Below are positions 1 through 7,537 of a stretch of 11,818 bases of DNA, piece by piece; position 1 is the stretch's first letter; each line of letters starts with the position of its first letter. The notes beneath the pieces are model-generated. The model was not told the DNA's origin and searched no databases. It was given only the letters and a program-made list of their open reading frames with translations. The DNA is from Candidatus Fervidifonticultor sextus (lineage in GTDB: Bacteria > Sysuimicrobiota > Sysuimicrobiia > Sysuimicrobiales > Humicultoraceae). Location: assembly GCA_031459875.1 (NCBI GenBank), contig JAVKHQ010000056.1, positions 1 through 11,818 on the forward strand, read 5' to 3'. Position numbers and translations under genes: made by a program.

Positions 1-298
1 ACGGACTCACGGTGCTCATGTCAATGTAGACTTTGCCGGGCCCCAGGCCGACGAGGATGCCGTCGGGGCCGTTCGTGACCGCCCGCAGCGCCGTGGTGTC
101 CGTCACCATGGTGAAGGTCACCTCGGCCGCCTCGGCCACCGCCCGCGGGGAGTCAGCCCACTGCATGCCCGCATCGATGAGCCCTTGAGCCTTGGCCCGG
201 GTGCGGTTGTACCCGATGACCGGATAGCCGGCGGCCAGGAGGCGGTGGACCATGCGGCCGCCCATGACGCCCAGCCCGACGAACCCCAGACGTGTCAT
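1..298 (-). CDS. NAD(P)-dependent beta-hydroxyacid dehydrogenase (3-hydroxyisobutyrate dehydrogenase / tartronate semialdehyde reductase family), N-terminal part, truncated by window edge
   Basis: Manual translation from ATG 298: MTRLGFVGLGVMGGRMVHRLLAAGYPVIGYNRT...GKVYIDMSTVSP. It has the GxxGLGxMG Rossmann motif, YNRT and DMST motifs. ATGA overlap with the GntR stop (295-298); upstream SD-like GAGGGA. Confidence 0.92.
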   Translation of the reverse strand, partial: MTRLGFVGLGVMGGRMVHRLLAAGYPVIGYNRTRAKAQGLIDAGMQWADSPRAVAEAAEVTFTMVTDTTALRAVTNGPDGILVGLGPGKVYIDMSTVSP

Positions 299-1053
299 CC
301 CTCACCTCGGTGGTCGGCCGGCCCGCTCCCGGCCGCGGCGGGGGCCCGGCCGGTGAGGAAGTCGTGGATTTCTCGCTCGACGCGCTGCAGGTGCTCCCGC
401 ATCCTCTGGCGGGCGCCATCCGCGTCACCTGCCGCGATGGCGTCCAGGATCGCGCGGTGTTGCAGGATCGATCGCTGCGGACTCCCGGGAATGTGGTAGA
501 TCCGCGCCAGCGCCTGCTGCAGCAGGTCGCGCACCGCATGCATCATGCGCAGGGCGACCCGGTTGCGCGTGGCGGACGCCACCGCCAGGTGGAACTGGAG
601 GTCGGCGGTAATGTAGCGGTCCTGGCTCGACAGGCCGGCCTCCATCTCGGCGATGGCCCCGGCCATCTGCTCCAGGTCCTCTGCGGTCCGCCGCTGCGCC
701 GCCAGCCCGGCGGATTCCACCTCGAGGATCTTGCGGACCTCGTAGACCTCCGGCAGGCTGGCCTCCTCCAGTTCGAGGAGGAAGGAAAGCGAGTGGCTGA
801 GGGGATTCCCGTACTCCGCCACCTCGAAGGCGCCGTTGGCCGACGGCCGGATCAGGCCGCGGGATTCCAGCATGCGCAGGGCCTCGCGCACCGACGACCG
901 CCCCACCCGGAAGGTCTGCATGAGCTCCCGTTCGGTCGGCAGCGGGTGGCCCGGCCGCAGGCCGCGCTCACTGATCAGGACCACCAGCCGCTCGGCGACC
1001 AACTCGTAAACCTTGCGGCGTTCAATGGGCTGGACCTGGCCGCTGTTGTGCAC
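295..1053 (-). CDS. GntR family transcriptional regulator, FadR subfamily (wHTH + FCD domain)
   Basis: wHTH LPTERELMQTFRVGRSSVREALRMLESRGLI; FCD motifs EVRKILE, ADLQFH, SILQHRAILDAIAAGD, MREHL. The GTG start has only a weak SD, so the exact start is uncertain. Confidence 0.95.
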   Translation of the reverse strand: MHNSGQVQPIERRKVYELVAERLVVLISERGLRPGHPLPTERELMQTFRVGRSSVREALRMLESRGLIRPSANGAFEVAEYGNPLSHSLSFLLELEEASLPEVYEVRKILEVESAGLAAQRRTAEDLEQMAGAIAEMEAGLSSQDRYITADLQFHLAVASATRNRVALRMMHAVRDLLQQALARIYHIPGSPQRSILQHRAILDAIAAGDADGARQRMREHLQRVEREIHDFLTGRAPAAAGSGPADHRGEG

Positions 1054-1069
1054 CCTGACACCACCGGGT

Positions 1070-1096
1070 CTGTCAGACGAACTGACTATCTGACAA
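1070..1096. promoter_or_regulatory. Putative tandem FadR/GntR operator upstream of the regulator (autoregulation)
   Basis: CTGTCAGACGA (1070-1080) and CTATCTGACAA (1086-1096), 16 bp apart, resemble the FadR-subfamily TNGT-N3-ACNA box. Inverted repeat TGTCAGA-N11-TCTGACA. Same architecture recurs at 11569-11595. Confidence 0.7.
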
Positions 1097-1147
1097 GATG
1101 CCTCCTTGTCTTTATCTGCCGGAGGGCAGGCCTCCTCCTGGATCGGG

Positions 1148-2491
1148 TCAAATGGCCGGCAACCTGAATCCGGACCTGGCGACCACGGCGTCCCGAGATT
1201 CGATGGCCAGCGTCCGGACGCGGTTCAGGTCCACGCCCACCAGGTGCCCGTGGCGTTTCCTGGCCTGCCCCGCGATGAAGACCGAGTCGACGTTGCTGGT
1301 GTCCATGCCCCACACCACCGCGCCGATCGGGTCGTTCACCGGCAACACGTTCACGCGATCGGTGCGCAGCATGATGATGTCCGCCTCTTTGCCCGGCGTA
1401 AGCGTACCCACCCTGCTTTCCAGCCCGTTGGCGCGGGCGCCCTCGATGGTGGCGAACTCCAGCACATCGCGGCTGGTCAGGAAGGGCGGCAGCGTCTCCT
1501 CGCCCGCCAACTTCCGGTCGAACAGCAGCGCGTGCTGCAGGGAGATGGCCGAGCGCATCTGGGTGAACATGTCGCCGGGGACGTTGGTCTCCACGTCCAC
1601 GCTCAGGCTGGGGCGCAAGCCGCGATCGAGAAACCGCTGGGTGGGAGGCATGCCGTGCCCCATCATCATTTCCACCGGACAGGCCAGCGACACCGTCCCG
1701 CCGGTGTCCACGATCATCTGGACTTCCTCGTCGTTCAGCGTGGCGCAGTGGATGTAGGTGATGTCCGGTCCCAGCAGCCCTGCCCGGCCGGCCTCTCCGA
1801 CCTTGCCGTGCTTGCCGAAGGTGCCGACGCCGACGTGGATGGTGATGTGGGCGTCCACCTCCCGGGCGAGCTGAAAGTCCGCCCTGACCCCCTCCAGGGG
1901 ATAGAACTCCGGACCGTACGGTGCCAGCCCCAGCGTCAGCAACTGGTCCTTCGAGGAGAAATACTGCCGCGCGGCTCGTCGGAACCAGTCGGGTTGCTCC
2001 GGTTTGGGGGCCTCCCACCACGGCCAGCCGTAGGCGAAGACCGCGCGGATGCCCGACTCCTCCAGGGCGTTGATGGCGGCATCGGTGTGCTCCGGCGACG
2101 CCTGGATGTGGGACCAGTCGAGGATCGTCGTGATCCCGGCGTCAATGGCGCCCAGCGCGCTGATCAGGTTGCCGGCGTAGACGTCCTCCGGGCGGTAGGC
2201 GGGCGCCAGGGTGTTCAACACGAAGGCCAGATAGCTGACCTCCCCCTCCAGCGGGATGTCGACCCCGATGTTGCGGAGGATCCCTTCCCACATGTGCCGG
2301 TGGGTGTCGATGAATCCCGGCATCACGATCGTGTTGGAGGCGTCTATCACCTCCGCGTCGGCCGCGACCAGGTTCGGCCCGACGGCGGCGATCTTGGAGC
2401 CCTCGATCAGCACGTCGGCCTGCCTGAAGTTGCCGACCGTCCGATCCAGGCTGAGCACGCACCCGCCCTTCAGCAACGTCCGTTCGGCCAT
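1148..2491 (-). CDS. Metal-dependent amidohydrolase (COG0402, MtaD/AtzA/SsnA-like), substrate unknown
   Basis: N-terminal beta-sandwich (DVLIEGSKIAAVG), PGFIDTHRH (HxH), ITIH, YIHC, SVDVE, ATIEGARANG, GTLTPGKEADI; SD AGGAGG just upstream of ATG. Confidence 0.92.
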   Translation of the reverse strand: MAERTLLKGGCVLSLDRTVGNFRQADVLIEGSKIAAVGPNLVAADAEVIDASNTIVMPGFIDTHRHMWEGILRNIGVDIPLEGEVSYLAFVLNTLAPAYRPEDVYAGNLISALGAIDAGITTILDWSHIQASPEHTDAAINALEESGIRAVFAYGWPWWEAPKPEQPDWFRRAARQYFSSKDQLLTLGLAPYGPEFYPLEGVRADFQLAREVDAHITIHVGVGTFGKHGKVGEAGRAGLLGPDITYIHCATLNDEEVQMIVDTGGTVSLACPVEMMMGHGMPPTQRFLDRGLRPSLSVDVETNVPGDMFTQMRSAISLQHALLFDRKLAGEETLPPFLTSRDVLEFATIEGARANGLESRVGTLTPGKEADIIMLRTDRVNVLPVNDPIGAVVWGMDTSNVDSVFIAGQARKRHGHLVGVDLNRVRTLAIESRDAVVARSGFRLPAI

Positions 2492-2541
2492 GGTCGCCTC
2501 CTGCTCATGGTCTCCGTTGCCGGCCGCGGTCGCCCCCGAAC

Positions 2542-3402
2542 CTAGGCCGGGCCGGCGACGTACTGCGCCCAGTCCCTCTCGAAGCGGAACGCTTCCGCCG
2601 CCGGCGGCAGCGGCGCCTGCGTCTCGATCCAGCGCACCGGCGCTCCGCTGACATTGGCGAAACTGTGGATACAGCCCACGCTGGTCCAGATCACACTGCC
2701 GGGACCCAGGCGGTACACCTGACCGTCCGCGGTGGCCTCCACTTCGCCGCTGAGGACGAAATAGGACTCCTCAAAGGTATGATCATGCGGATCGATCTTC
2801 GCACCGGGCTGGTACTGAATGATGAACAGCGACTGGTGCACCGCCCCGAACGTGCGATCCACGAGCATCTTGATGGTCACGCCGGTGACCGGATTGAAGC
2901 CTTCCATTTCCGACGGTCCTCCGGGCTGTGGGAGCCGTGATTCGTCGAAGTGCCCGAGAAACCTGTCCGCCGGGTCGTGCGGATCGGGCGGCCTGGCCGA
3001 GACGGCCACATCGTCGCCGACGAAGAACGTGTCGCGGCCGCGTCCCGCGGGGCGCGGCTGGGGCGCCTGCGACTCCAGCCAGCGCACAGGCTGTGGGCCC
3101 ACGTTGCGCCAGGCGTGCCGGACGCCCGTGCGGATCAAGCCGAAGTGGCCGGGCCCCAGCGCGTAGGCCCGGTCGCTGATCTGCACGGTAGCGTTCCCTT
3201 CCAGGATATAGAAACTCTCTTCGAAGGAGTGGAGGTGCGATCGGATCATACCGCCCGGCTCCAGGGAGCAGATGCCCGTGCCCATATGCACCGAACCCAC
3301 GCCATGATCGACGTAGGTGGCCCGCCGGAAGCCGGTCGTATGCCCTTCGTACAAATCTGGTGTGCCGGTCGTCACCTCATCGATCTTCGCCACGTAGTGC
3401 AT
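2542..3402 (-). CDS. Bicupin (two cupin domains), paralog B, function unknown
   Basis: Two cupin motif sets: HLHSFEE...HAWRN and HDHTFEE...HSFAN. Start placed at ATG 3402 (MHYVAKID) after SD-like GGGGGA, and this aligns with the N-terminus of paralog A. The ORF track starts at 3444. Confidence 0.9.
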   Translation of the reverse strand: MHYVAKIDEVTTGTPDLYEGHTTGFRRATYVDHGVGSVHMGTGICSLEPGGMIRSHLHSFEESFYILEGNATVQISDRAYALGPGHFGLIRTGVRHAWRNVGPQPVRWLESQAPQPRPAGRGRDTFFVGDDVAVSARPPDPHDPADRFLGHFDESRLPQPGGPSEMEGFNPVTGVTIKMLVDRTFGAVHQSLFIIQYQPGAKIDPHDHTFEESYFVLSGEVEATADGQVYRLGPGSVIWTSVGCIHSFANVSGAPVRWIETQAPLPPAAEAFRFERDWAQYVAGPA

Positions 3403-3449
3403 CGCACATCCCCCGCGACCGAGCAGGTCCGCCCCCGCCGCCACGCTGG

Positions 3450-4436
3450 CTACAGGTCCAGCAGGTCAGCCGGATTGCGCCGCCCCATCAGATCCAACTC
3501 CCGATCCGTGATGCCGAGGGCCCGCAACTTCCGCACGAACGTCAGGTACCCCTCCGCAGGCGCCACACACGGCGCCGCGCCCAGATCGCTGGCAATGAGA
3601 CAACGCTCGGCACCGACCGCCCGGATGGCCGCCGCCATCTGCTCGACAGATACACCGCGCCATGCCCGGAACCGCTCCACGGGGGAGTCGGGGCCGAGGA
3701 ATGCGCCAATGTAGGCGTGCTCGATATAGGCGCCCAGGCGGGCCGCCTCCCGCTGTTCCTCAATGGTCATGTTGATGGGGTCGTAGTCGGCGTGGGTGCA
3801 GACGATCTTCTCCACCCCGGCGGCGCGGGCTTCCCGAATGACGGCCAGGGCCTCCCCCGCAGAGAGGTGGCTGGTCTGCAGCACCAGGCCGTGCTCCGCG
3901 CACATGGCCAGGATCTCGCGCATGGCCGGGACGAGGCGCGTCCCGTCGAACACCTCGACGCCCGGCCGCGGGATGCCGAACCGCTCGTGGTGGTTCCGGG
4001 CGTTGATGCTGGGGAGCCACACGACCCGCCCCAGCCGCTCTGCCCCCGCCCCCCGAAAGGCCACCATGGCCTCCACGGCCGCGGCGTTGATCCCGCCCAT
4101 GGGCCAGTTGAGCACCACGCCCCCGAAGACGTGGATTCCTCCAACCTCGGCCCGGGCCTGGGCCGCGCGGGTCACGGTCTCGAAGGCGCCGCCCTTGAGG
4201 ACCACGGCGCGCATGCCCAACGCACGGGCGGTGCGCGCCGCCTCGATCCCGTCCACCGTGCGGTCGAAGGTGTCCGGCGCGGTGTGCACGTGGAAATCAA
4301 TCATTCCCTCCACTTCGCCGCGCACGTCCGTCGCGCTGCCGGCGACCTCCACGGCCGGCGGCACCCGCGGAAAGGCTCCGAAGGCATGAAGCCCGCCTGG
4401 CGGCAGGGGAAGACAGCACACCGCTTCGTCGCACAT
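3450..4436 (-). CDS. DUF6282-type amidohydrolase-fold (TIM-barrel) metalloprotein
   Basis: IDFHVHTAPD, GMRAVVLK, FGGVVLN..GGIN..AVE, VWLPS, TSHLS, CTH, SDLG and RNPA.LL motifs. Start placed at ATG 4436 behind SD-like GGGGGTGA; alternatives are 4442 and 4445. Confidence 0.8.
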   Translation of the reverse strand: MCDEAVCCLPLPPGGLHAFGAFPRVPPAVEVAGSATDVRGEVEGMIDFHVHTAPDTFDRTVDGIEAARTARALGMRAVVLKGGAFETVTRAAQARAEVGGIHVFGGVVLNWPMGGINAAAVEAMVAFRGAGAERLGRVVWLPSINARNHHERFGIPRPGVEVFDGTRLVPAMREILAMCAEHGLVLQTSHLSAGEALAVIREARAAGVEKIVCTHADYDPINMTIEEQREAARLGAYIEHAYIGAFLGPDSPVERFRAWRGVSVEQMAAAIRAVGAERCLIASDLGAAPCVAPAEGYLTFVRKLRALGITDRELDLMGRRNPADLLDL

Positions 4437-4475
4437 GCGCATCACCCCCGATAGCGCCGTCCGAGGCCCGCGAAT

Positions 4476-4955
4476 TCAGGGCGAGGCGGTCTCCCCCGAC
4501 AGGGCACGGGCACGATCCAGGATCTGCGGCGGGGCGACCGCCAGGACCTCGATCTCGACGCGCGCCTCCGGCACGACCAGGGCGGAGACCTGCACCGTGG
4601 TGCTGGCTGGCTTGTGGTCGCGCAGGTACTCCCGCTGCACCGCGTTGAGCTCGTCCTGCTCCCCGATGTGGGTGAGGAACCGCGTGATCTTCACCACATG
4701 CCCCCACGTCAGCCCCAGCGCCTCGAGAGACAGCTGGACGTTCTCAAAGGCCCGTCTGGCCTGCTCCTGCATGGACGGAGGCAGCGCATGTTCGGCCGGG
4801 ATATGGGGGTGGTGATGGTAGACGGGGGAGGCATGACAGCCCGAGATCACCACGAGCGCCGCACCCGGCGGCACCACCACGGCGGGCGCGTAGGGCATGG
4901 ACACCTTTCCGCGCAGCGGATGCGCCGGAAAGATGGGAATCCCCTGCCAGATCAC
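4476..4955 (-). CDS. Rid (RidA/YjgF/YER057c/UK114) family protein, Arg-lacking type with His-rich loop
   Basis: PYAPAV, ISG, QARRAFENV...L, VVKITRFL, PASTTVQVSAL, RVEIEVLA; strong SD AGGAGGT upstream of GTG. Confidence 0.9.
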   Translation of the reverse strand: MIWQGIPIFPAHPLRGKVSMPYAPAVVVPPGAALVVISGCHASPVYHHHPHIPAEHALPPSMQEQARRAFENVQLSLEALGLTWGHVVKITRFLTHIGEQDELNAVQREYLRDHKPASTTVQVSALVVPEARVEIEVLAVAPPQILDRARALSGETASP

Positions 4956-4976
4956 CGTGCACCTCCTCCTCGCCCC

Positions 4977-5684
4977 TTACCCTGTGCCCAGGTACGCGTC
5001 CTGCACCTGGCGGGTGCGCATGAGGTCGCCCCGGGATCCGGCCGCCACCACGGCCCCCCGCTCCATCACCACGCCCCGGTCGGCCACCCCCAACGCCCGC
5101 ACCACATTCTGCTCGACCAGCAGCACCGACACCCCGAGTCCTCTGGCCTCCCCCACGAACTCAAACACCACATCCGCCATGACCGGCGCCAGTCCCAACG
5201 ACGGCTCGTCCATCAACAGCAGCCTCGGGCGCGCCATCAACGCTCTGCCGATCGCCAGCATCTGCTGTTCCCCGCCGCTCAAACTGCCTGCCCTCTGCCC
5301 CAGCCGTTCGCCCAGCCTTGGGAACATGCCCAGCACCCGCTCCATCGACTCGCGCTGCCGCGCCCGACCCCTGCGATTGAACGCCCCCAGTTCCAGGTTC
5401 TCCTGGACGGTCAGCTCGGCGAAGACCCGCCTGCCCTCCGGTACCAGCGCGATGCCCCGCTCGCAGATCTGCTCGGGCGCCAGGCCCGTGATCTCCTCGC
5501 CGAAGAATTCCACCCTCCCCCGGCGGATGCCGACCCAGCCCGCGATGCTCTTGACCAGCGTGCTCTTGCCGACGCCGTTGGGTCCGAGGACCGCCACCAC
5601 TTCGCCGTCACCCACGTCCAGGCTGACACCTTCCAGGGCGCGCGCCTCTCCGTACCTCACCTCCAGGTCCCTCACCTTAAGCAT
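4977..5684 (-). CDS. livF: HAAT/branched-chain amino acid-type ABC transporter ATP-binding protein (LivF-like)
   Basis: Walker A GPNGVGKS, VPEGRRVF, signature LSGGEQQMLAIGRALM, Walker B LMDEPSLG, LLVEQN, AYLG. Start at ATG 5684 (MLKVRDL) overlaps the livG stop by 8 nt. The symbol denotes the family, not a proven Leu/Ile/Val substrate. Confidence 0.95.
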   Translation of the reverse strand: MLKVRDLEVRYGEARALEGVSLDVGDGEVVAVLGPNGVGKSTLVKSIAGWVGIRRGRVEFFGEEITGLAPEQICERGIALVPEGRRVFAELTVQENLELGAFNRRGRARQRESMERVLGMFPRLGERLGQRAGSLSGGEQQMLAIGRALMARPRLLLMDEPSLGLAPVMADVVFEFVGEARGLGVSVLLVEQNVVRALGVADRGVVMERGAVVAAGSRGDLMRTRQVQDAYLGTG

Positions 5685-6420
5685 CGCCGGCGTGGCCTCC
5701 CAGGTACGCGGCACGCACGCGCTCGTGCTTCAGGACCTCGCCGGGTCTGCCCTCCGCCAGCACCTTCCCCTCGTGCAGCACCACCACCCGGTCCGCCAGC
5801 GCGCTGATGGCTTTCACATTGTGCTCCACCACGAGCAGCGCGACCCCCATCGCCTGGATCCGGCGGACCGCCTCCATGACCCGCTCGATCTCCGACGGCG
5901 TCAACCCCGCCAGCGCCTCATCGGCCAGGATGATCCGCGGACCGCTCGCCAGCGCCCTCGCCAGTTCCAGCAGCCGCCGCTCCTGCAGGGTGAGGCTTTC
6001 TATCGCCTTCTCTGCCGCCGCCTGCAGGCCCAACAGCTCCAACCACTGGCCCGCCGATCTCTGGGCGGCCCGAGGGACGCCGACGTCTTGCCCGCGGCCG
6101 AACAGCGCCCCGACCGCCACGTTGTCCCGCACGTTCATCGAGCCGAACGGCCTGGGATACTGATACGTCCGGGCCAGCCCCATCTTCGCCCGCTGGTGCG
6201 GAGGAAGGTCCGTGATGTCTGCTCCCCCGAACCGGATCCGGCCCGCGTCCAGCCGGTGGTACCCCGCCGCTACGTTGATCAGGGTCGATTTTCCGGAACC
6301 GTTGGGACCGATCAACCCCAGGATCTCTCCCTCTCGGACCTCGAGCGAGACTCCCCTCAACGCAAAGACGCCGCCAAAGTGCTTCTCCACCCCCTGGAGA
6401 TGCAACAGCCCGTCAGCCAT
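5677..6420 (-). CDS. livG: HAAT-type ABC transporter ATP-binding protein (LivG-like)
   Basis: KHFGG, GLIGPNGSGKST, ARTYQ, RRLLELARALA, LADEALAGL, VEHN, AYLG; 8-nt overlap with the livM stop. Confidence 0.95.
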   Translation of the reverse strand: MADGLLHLQGVEKHFGGVFALRGVSLEVREGEILGLIGPNGSGKSTLINVAAGYHRLDAGRIRFGGADITDLPPHQRAKMGLARTYQYPRPFGSMNVRDNVAVGALFGRGQDVGVPRAAQRSAGQWLELLGLQAAAEKAIESLTLQERRLLELARALASGPRIILADEALAGLTPSEIERVMEAVRRIQAMGVALLVVEHNVKAISALADRVVVLHEGKVLAEGRPGEVLKHERVRAAYLGGHAGDA

Positions 6421-7537
6421 CGGCCACTTCCATGCGCGCGCGTCCCCGGCCCCACCGCCCGCCCCTGGGGACCCTCCTGGGCATCACCAACAGGATCACC
6501 GCGGCGGCGACCCCGATCGCCAGCGCATCCAGCAGCACGGTCCCCCGGGCCGTCGCGACCACGATGACCGCGGCCGCCACCGCCCCCGCCACCACTCCGC
6601 GTTCCTTCACCCTGTCGTAGATCCCCTCGGGCAACGTGGCGACCACCACCATCAGCAGCAGGCCCATGACCACTTCACTGACCTGACCCAGGCCCGGCCC
6701 ACTCAACCGGTCATTGATCGCGTGCACCACGCCGGCACCCAGCACCGGCCCCAGCCAGTGCCTCCGCCCGCCGAGCACGCACATCATGATGACCAGCAGT
6801 GGCACCCGCAGCGCGAACACCGCATCCGCCGTCACGTAGCGCACCTGCAGCGCGTGCAGCCCTCCGCTGAGGCCGGCCACGGCGCCGCTCAAGGCCAGGG
6901 CCGCCATCTTGTGGGCGAAGGTCGGGACGCCGAGGCCCTCCGCGACCCGCTCGTCATCGTGGATCGCCCGCAGTCCCCATCCCAGCCGGCTCCGGTACGC
7001 CCACCAGCCCACGCCGACCGCCACCAGCCCGACGAGGAACCCCGCATAGTACAGGAATCCCACATCCGACAATCCCCACGGATACTCCAGCTTGGGCAGA
7101 GGGATTCCCACGCCGCCGTCCAGGTAGCGCACGTTGTTCACCAGGCTGTGCAATGCCACCGCCACCGCCAGCGTGACCAGCGCGAAGACGGGCCCGCGGA
7201 TCTGCCGCAGACGGAAGACCACCAACCCGATGCCGCACGCGACGGCGGCACCGGCCAGCGCCCCTCCCAGAACCGCCAGGCCGTAGGGAACGCCGTGTCG
7301 ATCGATCAATACCGCCGCGCCATAGACGCCCGCCCCGTAGAAGGCCCCCTGGCCGAAGCTGAAATATCCCGCGTAGCCCGAGATCACATTCCAGCTGGTG
7401 GCCTGCGCCACCCAGAAGAAAAAGAAATACAGGAACACCAGGTAGTACGCCGGGAGGCCCAGGCTCCGTATCGCCGTCGGCACCGCCAGCAGCCCGGCGA
7501 CCACGAGCCCGATGGCCCAGAGGGCGCCCCGCCTCAT
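6413..7537 (-). CDS. livM: HAAT-type ABC transporter permease (LivM-like)
   Basis: Hydrophobic protein with SWNVISGYAGYFSFGQGAFYGAGVY, FALVTLA, GWGLRAIHDDE..AEGLGV, LGG...LGPVLGA and LPEG. True start ATG 7537 overlaps the livH stop (ATGA), rather than 8200 as in the ORF track. Confidence 0.93.
   Translation of the reverse strand: MRRGALWAIGLVVAGLLAVPTAIRSLGLPAYYLVFLYFFFFWVAQATSWNVISGYAGYFSFGQGAFYGAGVYGAAVLIDRHGVPYGLAVLGGALAGAAVACGIGLVVFRLRQIRGPVFALVTLAVAVALHSLVNNVRYLDGGVGIPLPKLEYPWGLSDVGFLYYAGFLVGLVAVGVGWWAYRSRLGWGLRAIHDDERVAEGLGVPTFAHKMAALALSGAVAGLSGGLHALQVRYVTADAVFALRVPLLVIMMCVLGGRRHWLGPVLGAGVVHAINDRLSGPGLGQVSEVVMGLLLMVVVATLPEGIYDRVKERGVVAGAVAAAVIVVATARGTVLLDALAIGVAAAVILLVMPRRVPRGGRWGRGRARMEVADG

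Noticed and set aside
1086..2021. 311-aa alternative-frame minus-strand ORF, and other short nested minus-strand ORFs
   Set aside because: Nested within real genes in off frames, with Arg/Gly/Pro-biased composition.
1148..3402. Naming the amidohydrolase mtaD/guaD/atzA or the bicupins allE
   Set aside because: Only fold-level resemblance; the deaminase HxxE motif is absent and the cupin ligand patterns do not establish orthology.
4476..4955. Calling the Rid protein ridA (2-iminopropanoate deaminase)
   Set aside because: The essential catalytic Arg is replaced by Ser.
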